A DNA stretch of 63,613 nucleotides, filler included, from Octopus bimaculoides (lineage: Eukaryota), in the NCBI RefSeq assembly GCF_001194135.2. It is 5 parts of 4 records of this genome, joined end to end, with 100 filler letters (N's around TTAATTAATTAA, not from the genome) between each part and the next. Parts side by side here need not be neighbours in the genome. Positions count along the whole stretch, not along the records: positions 49,998 to 63,613 come from NC_069002.1; 4 more parts are not named here. The stretch is one strand, 5' to 3'. Below the pieces are notes generated by a model that was given only the letters and a program-made list of their open reading frames with translations, searched no databases and was not told where the DNA came from. Below are positions 51,656-63,613 of this stretch, piece after piece (position 1 is the first letter of the stretch; each line of letters opens with the position of its first letter). The translations under genes were made by a program, and so were the position numbers.

Positions 51656-52032
51656 ACTTGTAGTGTCTTTCTTATTTCCTACTGCAAGGAGGGAAAGGGA
51701 TCAAATTTGATGAAAGTCTATAAAATGTTATGTAAATTTTACTTGTGTCTTAGGCGGGTCAATTCAGACCAAACTTGCAAACCAAATACAAAAGCGAAGA
51801 CAGATTTAATTGTTCTCCAATAATAAAATGTATCACAGTGAAGACCTAGTCTACCTAGGCTTTATACTGTAGCCTACTTACGTACATTCAAGTATATACA
51901 TCTATGTTGTACGCGCGTGTGTGATAGGCGTGTATACATTCACACATACGCACACACATACGTATGTATACATATATACATATATGTGTGTGTGTGTATA
52001 TGTATATATATATATATATGTATACATGCACA

Positions 52033-52086
<54 letters not shown>

Positions 52087-53479
52087 CATAAAATACAAAA
52101 TGGGACAAGAACGCAAAACATCCAGACAGTTAGGGGATACAAAAAAGGGACAACAAAACATCCAGACGTACGATACAAGGAAAACAAGGACGAGTCATTC
52201 GGAGATTTCTTTCCTCAGTCGAGTTCCAGACTATCTTTGTAATTTCGGCTGGTTATATTCGATATTGCTCTAATCTGGCCAGCCCCAAGGAAAAGCTAAG
52301 CTAAGAGCATTAGATTCCTTGGAAGAAAGCAACGAATGTATACGAAAACAATGACGGAAAAAAAAAACGTAGAAAAGTTACACAAATACAATGCGGGAGA
52401 GGAAGATGTCTTTGAACCGGTGACCCACACTGAAGGCTTGCAACAGAATGGACTACGTTAGAAACATACCTGGGCGCACATTGATGTATGTATTATATTT
52501 GTCTCCGTGTGTTTGTGTACATATACACACTCACACTGATATATATNNNNNNNNNNNNNNNNNNNNNNNNNNNNNNNNNNNNNNNNNNNNNNNNNNNNNN
52601 NNNNNNNNNNNNNNNNNNNNNNNNNNNNNNNNNNNNNNNNNNNNNNNNNNNNNNNNNNNNNNNNNNNNNNNNNNNNNNNNNNNNNNNNNNNNNNNNNNNN
52701 NNNNNNNNNNNNNNNNNNNNNNNNNNNNNNNNNNNNNNNNNNNNNNNNNNNNNNNNNNNNNNNNNNNNNNNNNNNNNNNNNNNNNNNNNNNNNNNNNNNN
52801 NNNNNNNNNNNNNNNNNNNNNNNNNNNNNNNNNNNNNNNNNNNNNNNNNNNNNNNNNNNNNNNNNNNNNNNNNNNNNNNNNNNNNNNNNNNNNNNNNNNN
52901 NNNNNNNNNNNNNNNNNNNNNNNNNNNNNNNNNNNNNNNNNNNNNNNNNNNNNNNNNNNNNNNNNNNNNNNNNNNNNNNNNNNNNNNNNNNNNNNNNNNN
53001 NNNNNNNNNNNNNNNNNNNNNNNNNNNNNNNNNNNNNNNNNNNNNNNNNNNNNNNNNNNNNNNNNNNNNNNNNNNNNNNNNNNNNNNNNNNNNNNNNNNN
53101 NNNNNNNNNNNNNNNNNNNNNNNNNNNNNNNNNNNNNNNNNNNNNNNNNNNNNNNNNNNNNNNNNNNNNNNNNNNNNNNNNNNNNNNNNNNNNNNNNNNN
53201 NNNNNNNNNNNNNNNNNNNNNNNNNNNNNNNNNNNNNNNNNNNNNNNNNNNNNNNNNNNNNNNNNNNNNNNNNNNNNNNNNNNNNNNNNNNNNNNNNNNN
53301 NNNNNNNNNNNNNNNNNNNNNNNNNNNNNNNNNNNNNNNNNNNNNNNNNNNNNNNNNNNNNNNNNNNNNNNNNNNNNNNNNNNNNNNNNNNNNNNNNNNN
53401 NNNNNNNNNNNNNNNNNNNNNNNNNNNNNNNNNNNNNNNNNNNNNNNNNNNNNNNNNNNNNNNNNNNNNNNNNNNNNNC

Positions 53480-53600
53480 AACAGGTGGCTACACGAAATT
53501 CAACTCTATACTTTAAGATTGTCTTCTACTGTAGCCCCGGGTCGACCAAAGCCTTGCGAGTGGATTTGGTAGACGAAAACTGAAAGAAGCCCGTCATATA
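53480..53600 (+). mobile_element. SINE family B fragment
   Basis: GTCTTCTACTGTAGCCCCGGGTCGACCAAAGCCTTGCGAGTGGATTTGGTAGACG. Confidence 0.7.
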
Positions 53601-54031
53601 TATATATAGTTATCGTTTTACACTTCTTTCTATATTCTCTAACTGCCCCAATATAGAAACATTTCTCATGGCACTTGCACACAATTTACAAAAGCTTACA
53701 TTTTTTATGGTTTCCGTGAATTTTCAGGGGTCCAGCTAGTTTATAATGAATAGGGAGAATTATACTCCGTATATAACACTATTTAGTGCTCAAAATTAAT
53801 TAATTCCGTGACACACACACACACACACACACGCACATATTGAACATATACACACTATACACATACATACACATATACACGCATGTAGATTTGCAGGTGA
53901 AAATAGACATCTTATTTTACTTCTAAATATTGAGCTTTTCTTCAGTTAAAGTTTGATTGCCTAGGTGGATTTATCCATAAAATATACACATGAATGTGCG
54001 TGCGCGCTTGTGTATGTATGTGTGTGTGTGT

Positions 54032-54068
<37 letters not shown>

Positions 54069-54387
54069 TTATGTAACTCACATGCTCCATATACACATCG
54101 TTTGTGCGTGCGTGCATTTTTTTTTTCTAAATAAGATCAAAACGCACTTTAACGATCCGAAAGCGGAAGAGGAGGCTGTTCACATAGTTTGATGTGGTGG
54201 GGGTGGCGAGCAGAGGAGGGGGTGCGATTGATGCTGTTGTTAGGTTGTTTACAATTAACAGTAACTAGATTTAGCAATTCTACGTTTTTTTTAACAGCCA
54301 AAATGCTTCTGAACAGCATTAAATATGTTTCCGTACTACGAATGTTATAATTCCTATGCTGCCTGACTGATTCTATGATTGTCGCCT

Positions 54388-54409
54388 CATCATCATCATC
54401 ATCATCAGT

Positions 54410-54441
<32 letters not shown>

Positions 54442-54462
54442 CATCATCATCACCATCATCAC

Positions 54463-54501
<39 letters not shown>

Positions 54502-54502
54502 T
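54388..54502. repeat. (CAT)n microsatellite, followed by CCA-rich low-complexity sequence to about 54930
   Basis: Read directly. Confidence 0.9.
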
Positions 54503-55345
54503 ATTATCTGTATTTAGTCATAATGGAATTAGGGAGAGACTACATGTAGAACAAACAACGTTGTTGATAACAATCAAAATTAACGTCACCTTACCCCCAC
54601 CACCACCACCACCACCACACACACACACACATACACAAACACCATCACCACCACTACCACTGCCATCACCTTCTTACCTCCCAACGCCACTACCCATTCT
54701 TATACTAATACTACTATTAAAACTACCACCACCATCACCACCACCATCACCCACCTTCTCTGTATATCACCACCATACCATCACATAACTCTACCATTCC
54801 AACACCAACTTCGCCACCCTATCTGCCACCACTCTAAATTCTACTAGCACCATTCACCACCAACAACGTTAACAACACCATTTCCAAGTTTACAACCACC
54901 ACCACCACCACCTCCACTCCTCCACTCCAGCAGAACAATTTCTTCACCTCCCCCACCGACACACACACACACACATACACACTCCATTATTTTAAACGAA
55001 GACAGAAAAGAAATATGTTCACAGCGGTCTATCGATGTGTCACCTTATCTTCGGTAGATGTTAAAGCATCCGCATACAAACAGAAGCAATAATGAAACAT
55101 ACGCTCTTGCATTCTCTCGTGACACGCACACCCACTTACGAACACACACACACACACATATAAGTGTGTGCATATACATACATATATATGTGTGTGTGTA
55201 TATACATATATATACATATATACATATATATATACATATACATGTATATACATATATATATATGTATGTATATATACACAAACACTGTATATGATTATGG
55301 TTTATACACACACACACACGCACACATACATACATATATACATAT

Positions 55346-55394
<49 letters not shown>

Positions 55395-56269
55395 NNNNNN
55401 NNNNNNNNNNNNNNNNNNNNNNNNNNNNNNNNNNNNNNNNNNNNNNNNNNNNNNNNNNNNNNNNNNNNNNNNNNNNNNNNNNNNNNNNNNNNNNNNNNNN
55501 NNNNNNNNNNNNNNNNNNNNNNNNNNNNNNNNNNNNNNNNNNNNNNNNNNNNNNNNNNNNNNNNNNNNNNTATATATATATATATATATATGGGAGGTGG
55601 AATAGGTTTTGTTTTTACATGTTTCATTAAATACACGACTATGTTCAAGTTTCATCTTATATTCCTTTATATTTTATATTTTTCATTTTTTTTTATTGCT
55701 TTTTTTTTTCTTTCTTTTTATAGTTGACTTGGAGCAATAAACTAAATTCATAATTCGGCGTCTTCAGACATTAACAAATTCATTTTCAAAAATTAAATGT
55801 ATTTCGTGCCTGTGTTGTTTCTTATACACTGGTTGAATTTATGTAGACTTGATTTTTTTCTTCTCTTTTTTTGGTGGCCATTAACGTCATACGTCTGAAG
55901 CCACGTCTTGGTTTCTTGGCTGAGGTCAAATTCTATTGTTGTTGAGTTATGTGGTTAAAAGGTCTAGAAACGATTGGTGGGAGAAAGTCTACATGAATTC
56001 AAGTAGTATATAGGAAACAACTCAGACACGAAGTTATATTTCATTCTTTAGAATGAATCTTTTAAATGCTGCAAAGATCGAATATGAATTTAGAAATATC
56101 ATTGTCCCATACCAACTATAGGAAATATAATTAAGAAGATACGGAACACAAAATGATGGAAAAATTGAACACGGCTGTGTATTTAATGAAACTATACATA
56201 TACGTGCATATACATACACACACATACATGCACGTATCTACAAAAGATTCTTACACGAAACTATACATG

Positions 56270-56417
56270 GAGAGACAGCTGTGTTTAAGAAGTTCGCTTC
56301 GCAATGAAGAGATTTCGGGTTCAATCCTACTGCACGGTATCTTGAGCAAATATCTGCCACAAGAGCCCTAAGTTGACCAATGCCGATTTGGTGGACGAAG
56401 CTGTTTGGAAACCTGTC

Positions 56418-56470
<53 letters not shown>
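56270..56470 (+). mobile_element. SINE family B, diverged 5' half
   Basis: GGGTTCAATCCTACTGCACGGTATCTTGAGCAAAT..TTGGTGGACG. Confidence 0.6.
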
Positions 56471-56471
<1 letters not shown>

Positions 56472-57269
56472 NNNNNNNNNNNNNNNNNNNNNNNNNNNNN
56501 NNNNNNNNNNNNNNNNNNNNNNNNNNNNNNNNNNNNNNNNNNNNNNNNNNNNNNNNNNNNNNNNNNNNNNNNNNNNNNNNNNNNNNNNNNNNNNNNNNNN
56601 NNNNNNNNNNNNNNNNNNNNNNNNNNNNNNNNNNNNNNNNNNNNNNNNNNNNNNNNNNNNNNNNNNNNNNNNNNNNNNNNNNNNNNNNNNNNNNNNNNNN
56701 NNNNNNNNNNNNNNNNNNNNNNNNNNNNNNNNNNNNNNNNNNNNNNNNNNNNNNNNNNNNNNNNNNNNNNNNNNNNNNNNNNNNNNNNNNNNNNNNNNNN
56801 NNNNNNNNNNNNNNNNNNNNNNNNNNNNNNNNNNNNNNNNNNNNNNNNNNNNNNNNNNNNNNNNNNNNNNNNNNNNNNNNNNNNNNNNNNNNNNNNNNNN
56901 NNNNNNNNNNNNNNNNNNNNNNNNNNNNNNNNNNNNNNNNNNNNNNNNNNNNNNNNNNNNNNNNNNNNNNNNNNNNNNNNNNNNNNNNNNNNNNNNNNNN
57001 NNNNNNNNNNNNNNNNNNNNNNNNNNNNNNNNNNNNNNNNNNNNNNNNNNNNNNNNNNNNNNNNNNNNNNNNNNNNNNNNNNNNNNNNNNNNNNNNNNNN
57101 NNNNNNNNNNNNNNNNNNNNNNNNNNNNNNNNNNNNNNNNNNNNNNNNNNNNNNNNNNNNNNNNNNNNNNNNNNNNNNNNNNNNNNNNNNNNNNNNNNNN
57201 NNNNNNNNNNNNNNNNNNNNNNNNNNNNCTGTGTCTAAGAATCCTCTCAGCATGTGATGAAGGAAACAT

Positions 57270-57658
57270 AGTAGGAGTGGCTGTGTTGTAAGTAGCTTGC
57301 TTACCAACCACATGGTTCCGGGTTCAGTCCCACTGCGTGGCACCTTGGGCAAGTGTCTTCTACTATAGCTTCGGGCTGACCAAAGCCTTGTGAGTGGGTT
57401 TGGTAGACGGAAACTGAAAGAAGCCCGTCGTATATATGTATATATATATATGTGTATGTGTGTGTATGTGTTTATGTGTCTGTGTTTGTCCCCCCCACCA
57501 CCACCACCATCGCTTGACAACCAATGCTGCTGTGTTTACGTCCCCGTGACTTAGCGGTTCGGCAAAATAGACCGATAGAATAAGTACCAGGCTTACAAAG
57601 AATAAAGGCGGTGCTCCAGCATGGCCACAGTCAAATGACTGAAACAAGTAAAAGAGTA
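57270..57658 (+). mobile_element. SINE family B, full length with a small 3' deletion
   Basis: GGAGTGGCTGTG..GGGTTCAGTCCCACTGCGTGGCACCTTGGGCAAGTGTCTT..GACTGAAACAAGTAAAAG. Confidence 0.85.
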
Positions 57659-57979
57659 ACTAATGTCAAACTTTACAGCAATGTCCCTCCAGTAACAGCA
57701 ACAGAGGGACGCTTGTTCTGCTATAAATAGTAACCGATGCCATTAAAATCACGTCTTCCCAGCTTGAATAAAGAAGGATTGCTTTTATGAACCAATATAT
57801 TTGGGTGGGTGTCGTCATCTTGGTCGTTTATAGTCAAGACGTTTTGGCCACTGTTGAGATCAATAGATTAGTGAGTATGTGTTGGGAGTTGCAGTTTACC
57901 TAATGGATATGTGTTCAATTCCTGAATCATACAATCTCTCTCTCTCTCCTTCTCTAGCTAGCTATCTCTGTACAGCCAT

Positions 57980-58363
57980 TGGTTTGGTTGGCATTCCGTC
58001 GCTTGCGACGTCGAGGACTCCAGTTGATCCGATCAACGGAACAGCCTGCTCGTGAAATTAACGTGCAAATGGCTGAGCACTCCACAGACACGTGTACCCT
58101 TAACGTAGTTCTCGGGGATATTCAGCGTGTGACACAGTGTGACAAGGCTGACCCTTTGAATTACAGGCACAACAGAAACAGGAAGTAAGAGTGAGAGAAA
58201 GTTGTGGTGAAAGAGTACAGCAGGGTTCGCCACCATCCCCTGCCAGAGCCTCGTGGAGCTTTATGTGTTTTCGCTCAATAAACACTCACAACGCCCGGTC
58301 TGGGAATCGAAACCGCGATCCTATGACCGCGAGTCCGCTGCCCTAACCACTGGGCCATTGCAC
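57980..58363 (-). mobile_element. SINE family C, full length with 14-bp TSD
   Basis: tRNA-like head GGTGCAATGGCCCAGTGGTTAGGG..GGTTTCGATTCCC; CTCTGTACAGCCAT at 57966-57979 and 58364-58377. Confidence 0.88.
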
Positions 58364-59007
58364 CTCTGTACAGCCATATTAGTGAGACAAAAGAACGTGA
58401 TACAGGTCTTTTCGTTTGAACTTGACTAAGGACGAGGGAACTAGTCTCTTCATTGATATTGTGTCCTTGAAAGCCACTTCCAAATATCTTTTGTTTGCTC
58501 AATTTCACATTTCCTTGTCATCTATGAAGTTTCCCTTGAACATGTAGCACAGATATCCGACGACATCATCTGTTCTCTGTTTATCCATGTTTTGGAGGAT
58601 GAAAACCACAAAGCGCCTCCTGTTTTTGTCAGTATGTTTTTGCATGTGCCGTAGAATGTACTCCACCGACTCACTTTTGCTTCTGTTTAGAACAGAGAAG
58701 TTGATGGAGGTAAGTTCTTATGTGCTCGGTTGTTTTGTGATCCTTTCGGTATTTGCATCAGCAGCGTTTGTGAAGACCGCAGCCAGTTGTGTCATTGACA
58801 GAACTCAAATTTGTCGACATTTTTGATATAGTATTTGCCCATTGACAGCAGACGATATGTGTGTGTGTGTATCTGGGTGCATATGCGTTGTGTGTATGTG
58901 TGGTATGTGTGTGAGTATGTGTGTGTATGCGTGTACGTGCATGCATTTGTGTGTGTGTATGTGTGCTTCATATTTAGCAAAGACAGTCAGTTCTTAAACT
59001 CTCATCG

Positions 59008-59063
<56 letters not shown>

Positions 59064-61200
59064 GAATGTCTTCGACAATTATTTACATTTATATCGTTTC
59101 ACCTTTCAACGGAAAAAATGTAAGAAAATCGGTGAAAACGTAGGGAGTATGTATGTTTTAGTGTCAGAGTTTATCGGATAATAATAATAACNNNNNNNNN
59201 NNNNNNNNNNNNNNNNNNNNNNNNNNNNNNNNNNNNNNNNNNNNNNNNNNNNNNNNNNNNNNNNNNNNNNNNNNNNNNNNNNNNNNNNNNNNNNNNNNNN
59301 NNNNNNNNNNNNNNNNNNNNNNNNNNNNNNNNNNNNNNNNNNNNNNNNNNNNNNNNNNNNNNNNNNNNNNNNNNNNNNNNNNNNNNNNNNNNNNNNNNNN
59401 NNNNNNNNNNNNNNNNNNNNNNNNNNNNNNNNNNNNNNNNNNNNNNNNNNNNNNNNNNNNNNNNNNNNNNNNNNNNNNNNNNNNNNNNNNNNNNNNNNNN
59501 NNNNNNNNNNNNNNNNNNNNNNNNNNNNNNNNNNNNNNNNNNNNNNNNNNNNNNNNNNNNNNNNNNNNNNNNNNNNNNNNNNNNNNNNNNNNNNNNNNNN
59601 NNNNNNNNNNNNNNNNNNNNNNNGGGGGGGTATTTCTGTAATTTTCCTCGACGGTAAAGTAATAAAAATAATTGTGTTCTGTGGTGGGGTTTATGTGATA
59701 AGGGACGGTGGAACGCGTAAATAATCTGGCCCAGAAAAGTCCACGAATTATTATCATATATATATGAATTCACGAATGCCTGTACAAATGTAAGTATGTA
59801 TGTATGTATGTATGTACGTATGTGTGTATGCATGTGTGTATGTTTTGAAGATGCTGTGAAAATATGGCCTAAACTCTCTGCTGCTATCAGTGAGACATCC
59901 AGTAGTAGAGTCATTGAGAAGCGCTGACATAGGGCCTGACATATCATTGGACTATGTTTTGAGATCTCTGACAGCTGTCGGGTTTAAGAAGCTACATTTA
60001 TTGTATTATATTGGTAACAACAGCTGTCACAGGAGAGCGAGATTGATAGACTAGACTGATATGTGTGTGTGAGATGTGTGTGTGATGTGTGTATGTGCGT
60101 GCGACTGTGTGTTCGTGCCTGTGTGTGTATGGTGTGTTGTATCATGTTAATGACTGATAAAAATTGCTATTTATTTTGCAAGATTCTTCGTGTGAAATCG
60201 TGTGTTGAAACAAATTGATATATATTCATTAAATGACTATATACAAACACATATAAATACATACATACAAATACACACACGCACACACACACGCGCACAC
60301 GTTATATATATATNNNNNNNNNNNNNNNNNNNNNNNNNNNNNNNNNNNNNNNNNNNNNNNNNNNNNNNNNNNNNNNNNNNNNNNNNNNNNNNNNNNNNNN
60401 NNNNNNNNNNNNNNNNNNNNNNNNNNNNNNNNNNNNNNNNNNNNNNNNNNNNNNNNNNNNNNNNNNNNNNNNNNNNNNNNNNNNNNNNNNNNNNNNNNNN
60501 NNNNNNNNNNNNNNNNNNNNNNNNNNNNNNNNNNNNNNNNNNNNNNNNNNNNNNNNNNNNNNNNNNNNNNNNNNNNNNNNNNNNNNNNNNNNNNNNNNNN
60601 NNNNNNNNNNNNNNNNNNNNNNNNNNNNNNNNNNNNNNNNNNNNNNNNNNNNNNNNNNNNNNNNNNNNNNNNNNNNNNNNNNNNNNNNNNNNNNNNNNNN
60701 NNNNNNNNNNNNNNNNNNNNNNNNNNNNNNNNNNNNNNNNNNNNNNNNNNNNNNNNNNNNNNNNNNNNNNNNNNNNNNNNNNNNNNNNNNNNNNNNNNNN
60801 NNNNNNNNNNNNNNNNNNNNNNNNNNNNNNNNNNNNNNNNNNNNNNNNNNNNNNNNNNNNNNNNNNNNNNNNNNNNNNNNNNNNNNNNNNNNNNNNNNNN
60901 NNNNNNNNNNNNNNNNNNNNNNNNNNNNNNNNNNNNNNNNNNNNNNNNNNNNNNNNNNNNNNNNNNNNNNNNNNNNNNNNNNNNNNNNNNNNNNNNNNNN
61001 NNNNNNNNNNNNNNNNNNNNNNNNNNNNNNNNNNNNNNNNNNNNNNNNNNNNNNNNNNNNNNNNNNNNNNNNNNNNNNNNNNNNNNNNNNNNNNNNNNNN
61101 NNNNNNNNNNNNNNNNNNNNNNNNNNNNNNNNNNNNNNNNNNNNNNNNNNNNNNNNNNNNNNNNNNNNNNNNNNNNNNNNNNNNNNNNNNNNNNNNNNNN

Positions 61201-61243
<43 letters not shown>

Positions 61244-61859
61244 GCATATAGATATAGATAGATAGATAGACATATTCATATATATATATATATTTATATA
61301 ATTATTTATACATGTATTTAAAGGTATATATACTCAAGAAGAATCACAACCCTACAAAACCATATATGTTATTATTCACATCTCATACCGTAGGTTTCTA
61401 TAGCAGTGATTGGGATCTACACAACGTTTATACGTTTTAATTGCATTATTAAATATTCATTTACTAGTATCTTAAATGATCTCTTTTGTCGTTAAACTCA
61501 ACCCCCAGATAAATCTCTTTCAACACACCAGCTTCAAATGCAAACATGTTGTCGGTTTGTTTACAATAATTTTCGTTCGATATTTAAAACATATTTGATA
61601 ATTGTTTTAGTGACATTTTCACTTCTCACCACTCATAGACCCAAAGGTCTCAGTTAAAAACTCACACATTTTCTGAGAATGAAGTCTATTACCAAAATGA
61701 AAATTTAACACAATTCTTATTCTATTCGAAGTTGATTTAGCCCCCACCCCACCACATTTGAACTGTATTTCTTGAGCTTTCGCCCAACTTCAATTTTTCA
61801 AAAACAAAAATGCGTCTCAATTTTCTATTAATGCCTATTTGGACAAGATTGAAGGGCCG

Positions 61860-62190
61860 AGATTGAAGGGGCTGAAGACAAACTCTTTTCTCTTTGGTCA
61901 ATCCCTGATCAACTTCTTCAAGTTTCATTTGAAAAGGAAAATAAGGGTAGAGAGGGAAGTATTATCTTCTAGCCAGTTTGCTGAAAGGTGAATGAAAATA
62001 GCGAGAATGGTGCGAGTGGACGGACCTGCCCTGAGCATACGCCTGTAGTTAAAAAAAAAAAAAAGGGAAAGGAAGAAGGCACCTGCCCCAAAAGTCATCC
62101 TACCCATGGTTTTTTAATGTTTTATCCTGTACTATCCATAATGTTTTTCTTAATGTAAACCCTTGTGGTTAATAAAGAACTAAAAATAAT
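61860..62190 (+). mobile_element. 5'-truncated L1/Tx1-like LINE 3' end (ORF2 C-terminus plus 3' UTR)
   Basis: GLKTNSFLFGQSLINFFKFHLKRKIRVEREVLSSSQFAER*MKIARMVRVDGPALSIRL*, then AATAAA and an (AAT)n tail; clade assignment from recalled similarity only. Confidence 0.55.
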
Positions 62191-62197
62191 AATGATG

Positions 62198-62265
<68 letters not shown>

Positions 62266-62292
62266 TTTTATTATTATTATTATTATTATTAT

Positions 62293-62625
62293 TTTATGTT
62301 TGACTTTTGTTTTGCATTTGTACAAGTTGGATCCAAGTCTCACCCAGAGACCTCAAGAGACAACAAGTTAGAAGTTCATGTAGGTGTTATGCCTAGGGTA
62401 CCATATATTTGGATTTGTACAGTTTTGTTCAAGTGAATGTTTAAGAAACCATAAGAAAATTATGTTTGCTTTAAAATTTGAGATCACATAGACAGTATTT
62501 TACGTAGGATATGGGCAGTTCCCATGAGCACTATCTTTTGGACTTCAGCCATTTTGGGGTTTCCTGGTATCTGAGCTAGGTAGTAATCAGCCCGTTTCGC
62601 TGTCATTCCCAGGGCACCTATGACA
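62293..62625 (-). mobile_element. R4/Dong 3' fragment, same subfamily as 7601-8130
   Basis: IVIGALGMTAKRADYYLAQIPGNPKMAEVQKIVLMGTAHILRKILSM*; 3' UTR aligns with 7602-7790; (ATT)n on both sides. Confidence 0.88.
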
Positions 62626-62626
62626 A

Positions 62627-62698
<72 letters not shown>

Positions 62699-62720
62699 CA
62701 TCATCGTTATTATTATTCAA

Positions 62721-62922
62721 GGCGGCGAGCAGGCAGAATCGTTGGCGCGTCAGGCGAAATGATTAGCGGTATTTTGTCTGCCGCTATATTCTGAGTTCAA
62801 ATTCTGCCGAGGTCGATCTTGTCTTTCATCCTTTCGGGGCCAATGAATTGCGTACTGGGGTCGATCTAATCGGTTAGACCCCGTCCACAAAATTTCAGGT
62901 CTTGTGCCTATAGTAGAAAGGA
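62721..62922 (+). mobile_element. SINE family A with the ..TCAGGTCTTGTGCCTATAGTAGAAAGG tail, in an (ATT)n array
   Basis: Head as in other copies; (ATT)n on both sides. Confidence 0.85.
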
Positions 62923-62925
62923 TTA

Positions 62926-62974
<49 letters not shown>

Positions 62975-63423
62975 TATTATTATTATTATTATTATTTTTA
63001 TAAAGGTGAAGTGCTGATTGAATTGTGAGTGTTGTAAAAATGATTTGCGATATTTATTCCAACTCATTACATTCAGAGTATAGTCGTCTAAATCGATTCC
63101 AGTCATTTATCGGTTATTTGATTGACATGGAACAGATGAACGGCAAAGTTCACCTTGGTGAGTTTACTCTGTGCTGCATATTTCTGGAGTGACGAAATAA
63201 AGAACCAGTAATATACTAGAATCGGTATAATCAAATATCCTTACCATCAACAAAATTTCGGCATTCTACCCTTTTAAAAAAAAACAAAATGATCTGGTGT
63301 GCAATTTTAAGAAAGAACTGGCTACTATTTTTGTGTTGATTGAGGGACAACGGGGAGGCTCCCTCGTTTGCTCATGTTAAAATTCTGCTAATATGCAAAG
63401 ATTGACGCAGAAGTCTGGAGTAA

Positions 63424-63613
63424 GGCGGCGAGCTGGCAGAAACGTTAGCACGCCGGGCGAAACGCTTAGCGGTATGTCGTCTGTCTTTACGTTCTGAGTT
63501 CAAATTCCGCCGAGGTCGACTTTGCCTTTCATCCTTTCGAGGTTGATTAAATAAGTACCAATTACGCACTGGGGTCGATATAATCGACTTAATCCGTTTG
63601 TCTGTCCTTGTTT
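63424..63613 (+). mobile_element. SINE family A, little-diverged copy (runs off window end)
   Basis: GGCGGCGAGCTGGCAGAAACGTTAGCACGCCGGGCG..CTGAGTTCAAATTCCGCCGAGGTCGAC. Confidence 0.88.

Noticed and set aside
52185-52225. Minus-strand CTGAGGA...GAAT...GTC in a probable repeat
   Set aside because: GAAT instead of GAAA and no convincing stems I/II
58760-59942. Two short minus ORFs sharing ND(S)TTGC (MSTNLSSVNDTTGC vs MSALLNDSTTGC)
   Set aside because: DNA similarity is only about 8+5 nt, there are no splice signals and both frames close quickly; likely chance
1-63613. CRISPR arrays, rRNA genes or prokaryotic operons
   Set aside because: No repeat-spacer arrays, rRNA-like sequence or dense ORF organisation; the window is eukaryotic repeat-rich DNA

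Overview
This is AT-rich, microsatellite-dense eukaryotic DNA. Its SINE and LINE content is consistent with an octopus/cephalopod genome (inference). I could not confidently identify a host protein-coding gene, and most of the supplied ORFs are microsatellite or N-gap artefacts. Four 100-bp N-gaps carry a synthetic TTAATTAATTAA linker, so the window is a mosaic of five scaffold pieces. Recognisable content: at least four tRNA-like SINE families; five R4/Dong-type retrotransposon fragments sitting in (TAA)n arrays; L1/Tx1 ORF1 and ORF2 remnants; CR1/L2 RT remnants; two different Penelope-like (PLE) GIY-YIG fragments; a dead mariner; a dead Tc1-like element; and two Helentron-type non-autonomous elements. 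The main result is a set of minimal type I hammerhead ribozyme (HHR) motifs in small non-coding mobile elements. One has an intact catalytic core inside a 292-bp element with 61-bp terminal inverted repeats (17019-17310). One lies in a 352-bp retrozyme-like monomer with terminal redundancy, an inverted arm and a 14-bp TSD (34881-35505). One lies in a PLE-like 3' end (28223-28268), and there is a decayed fourth (34648-34682). All folds and alignments were done by eye.
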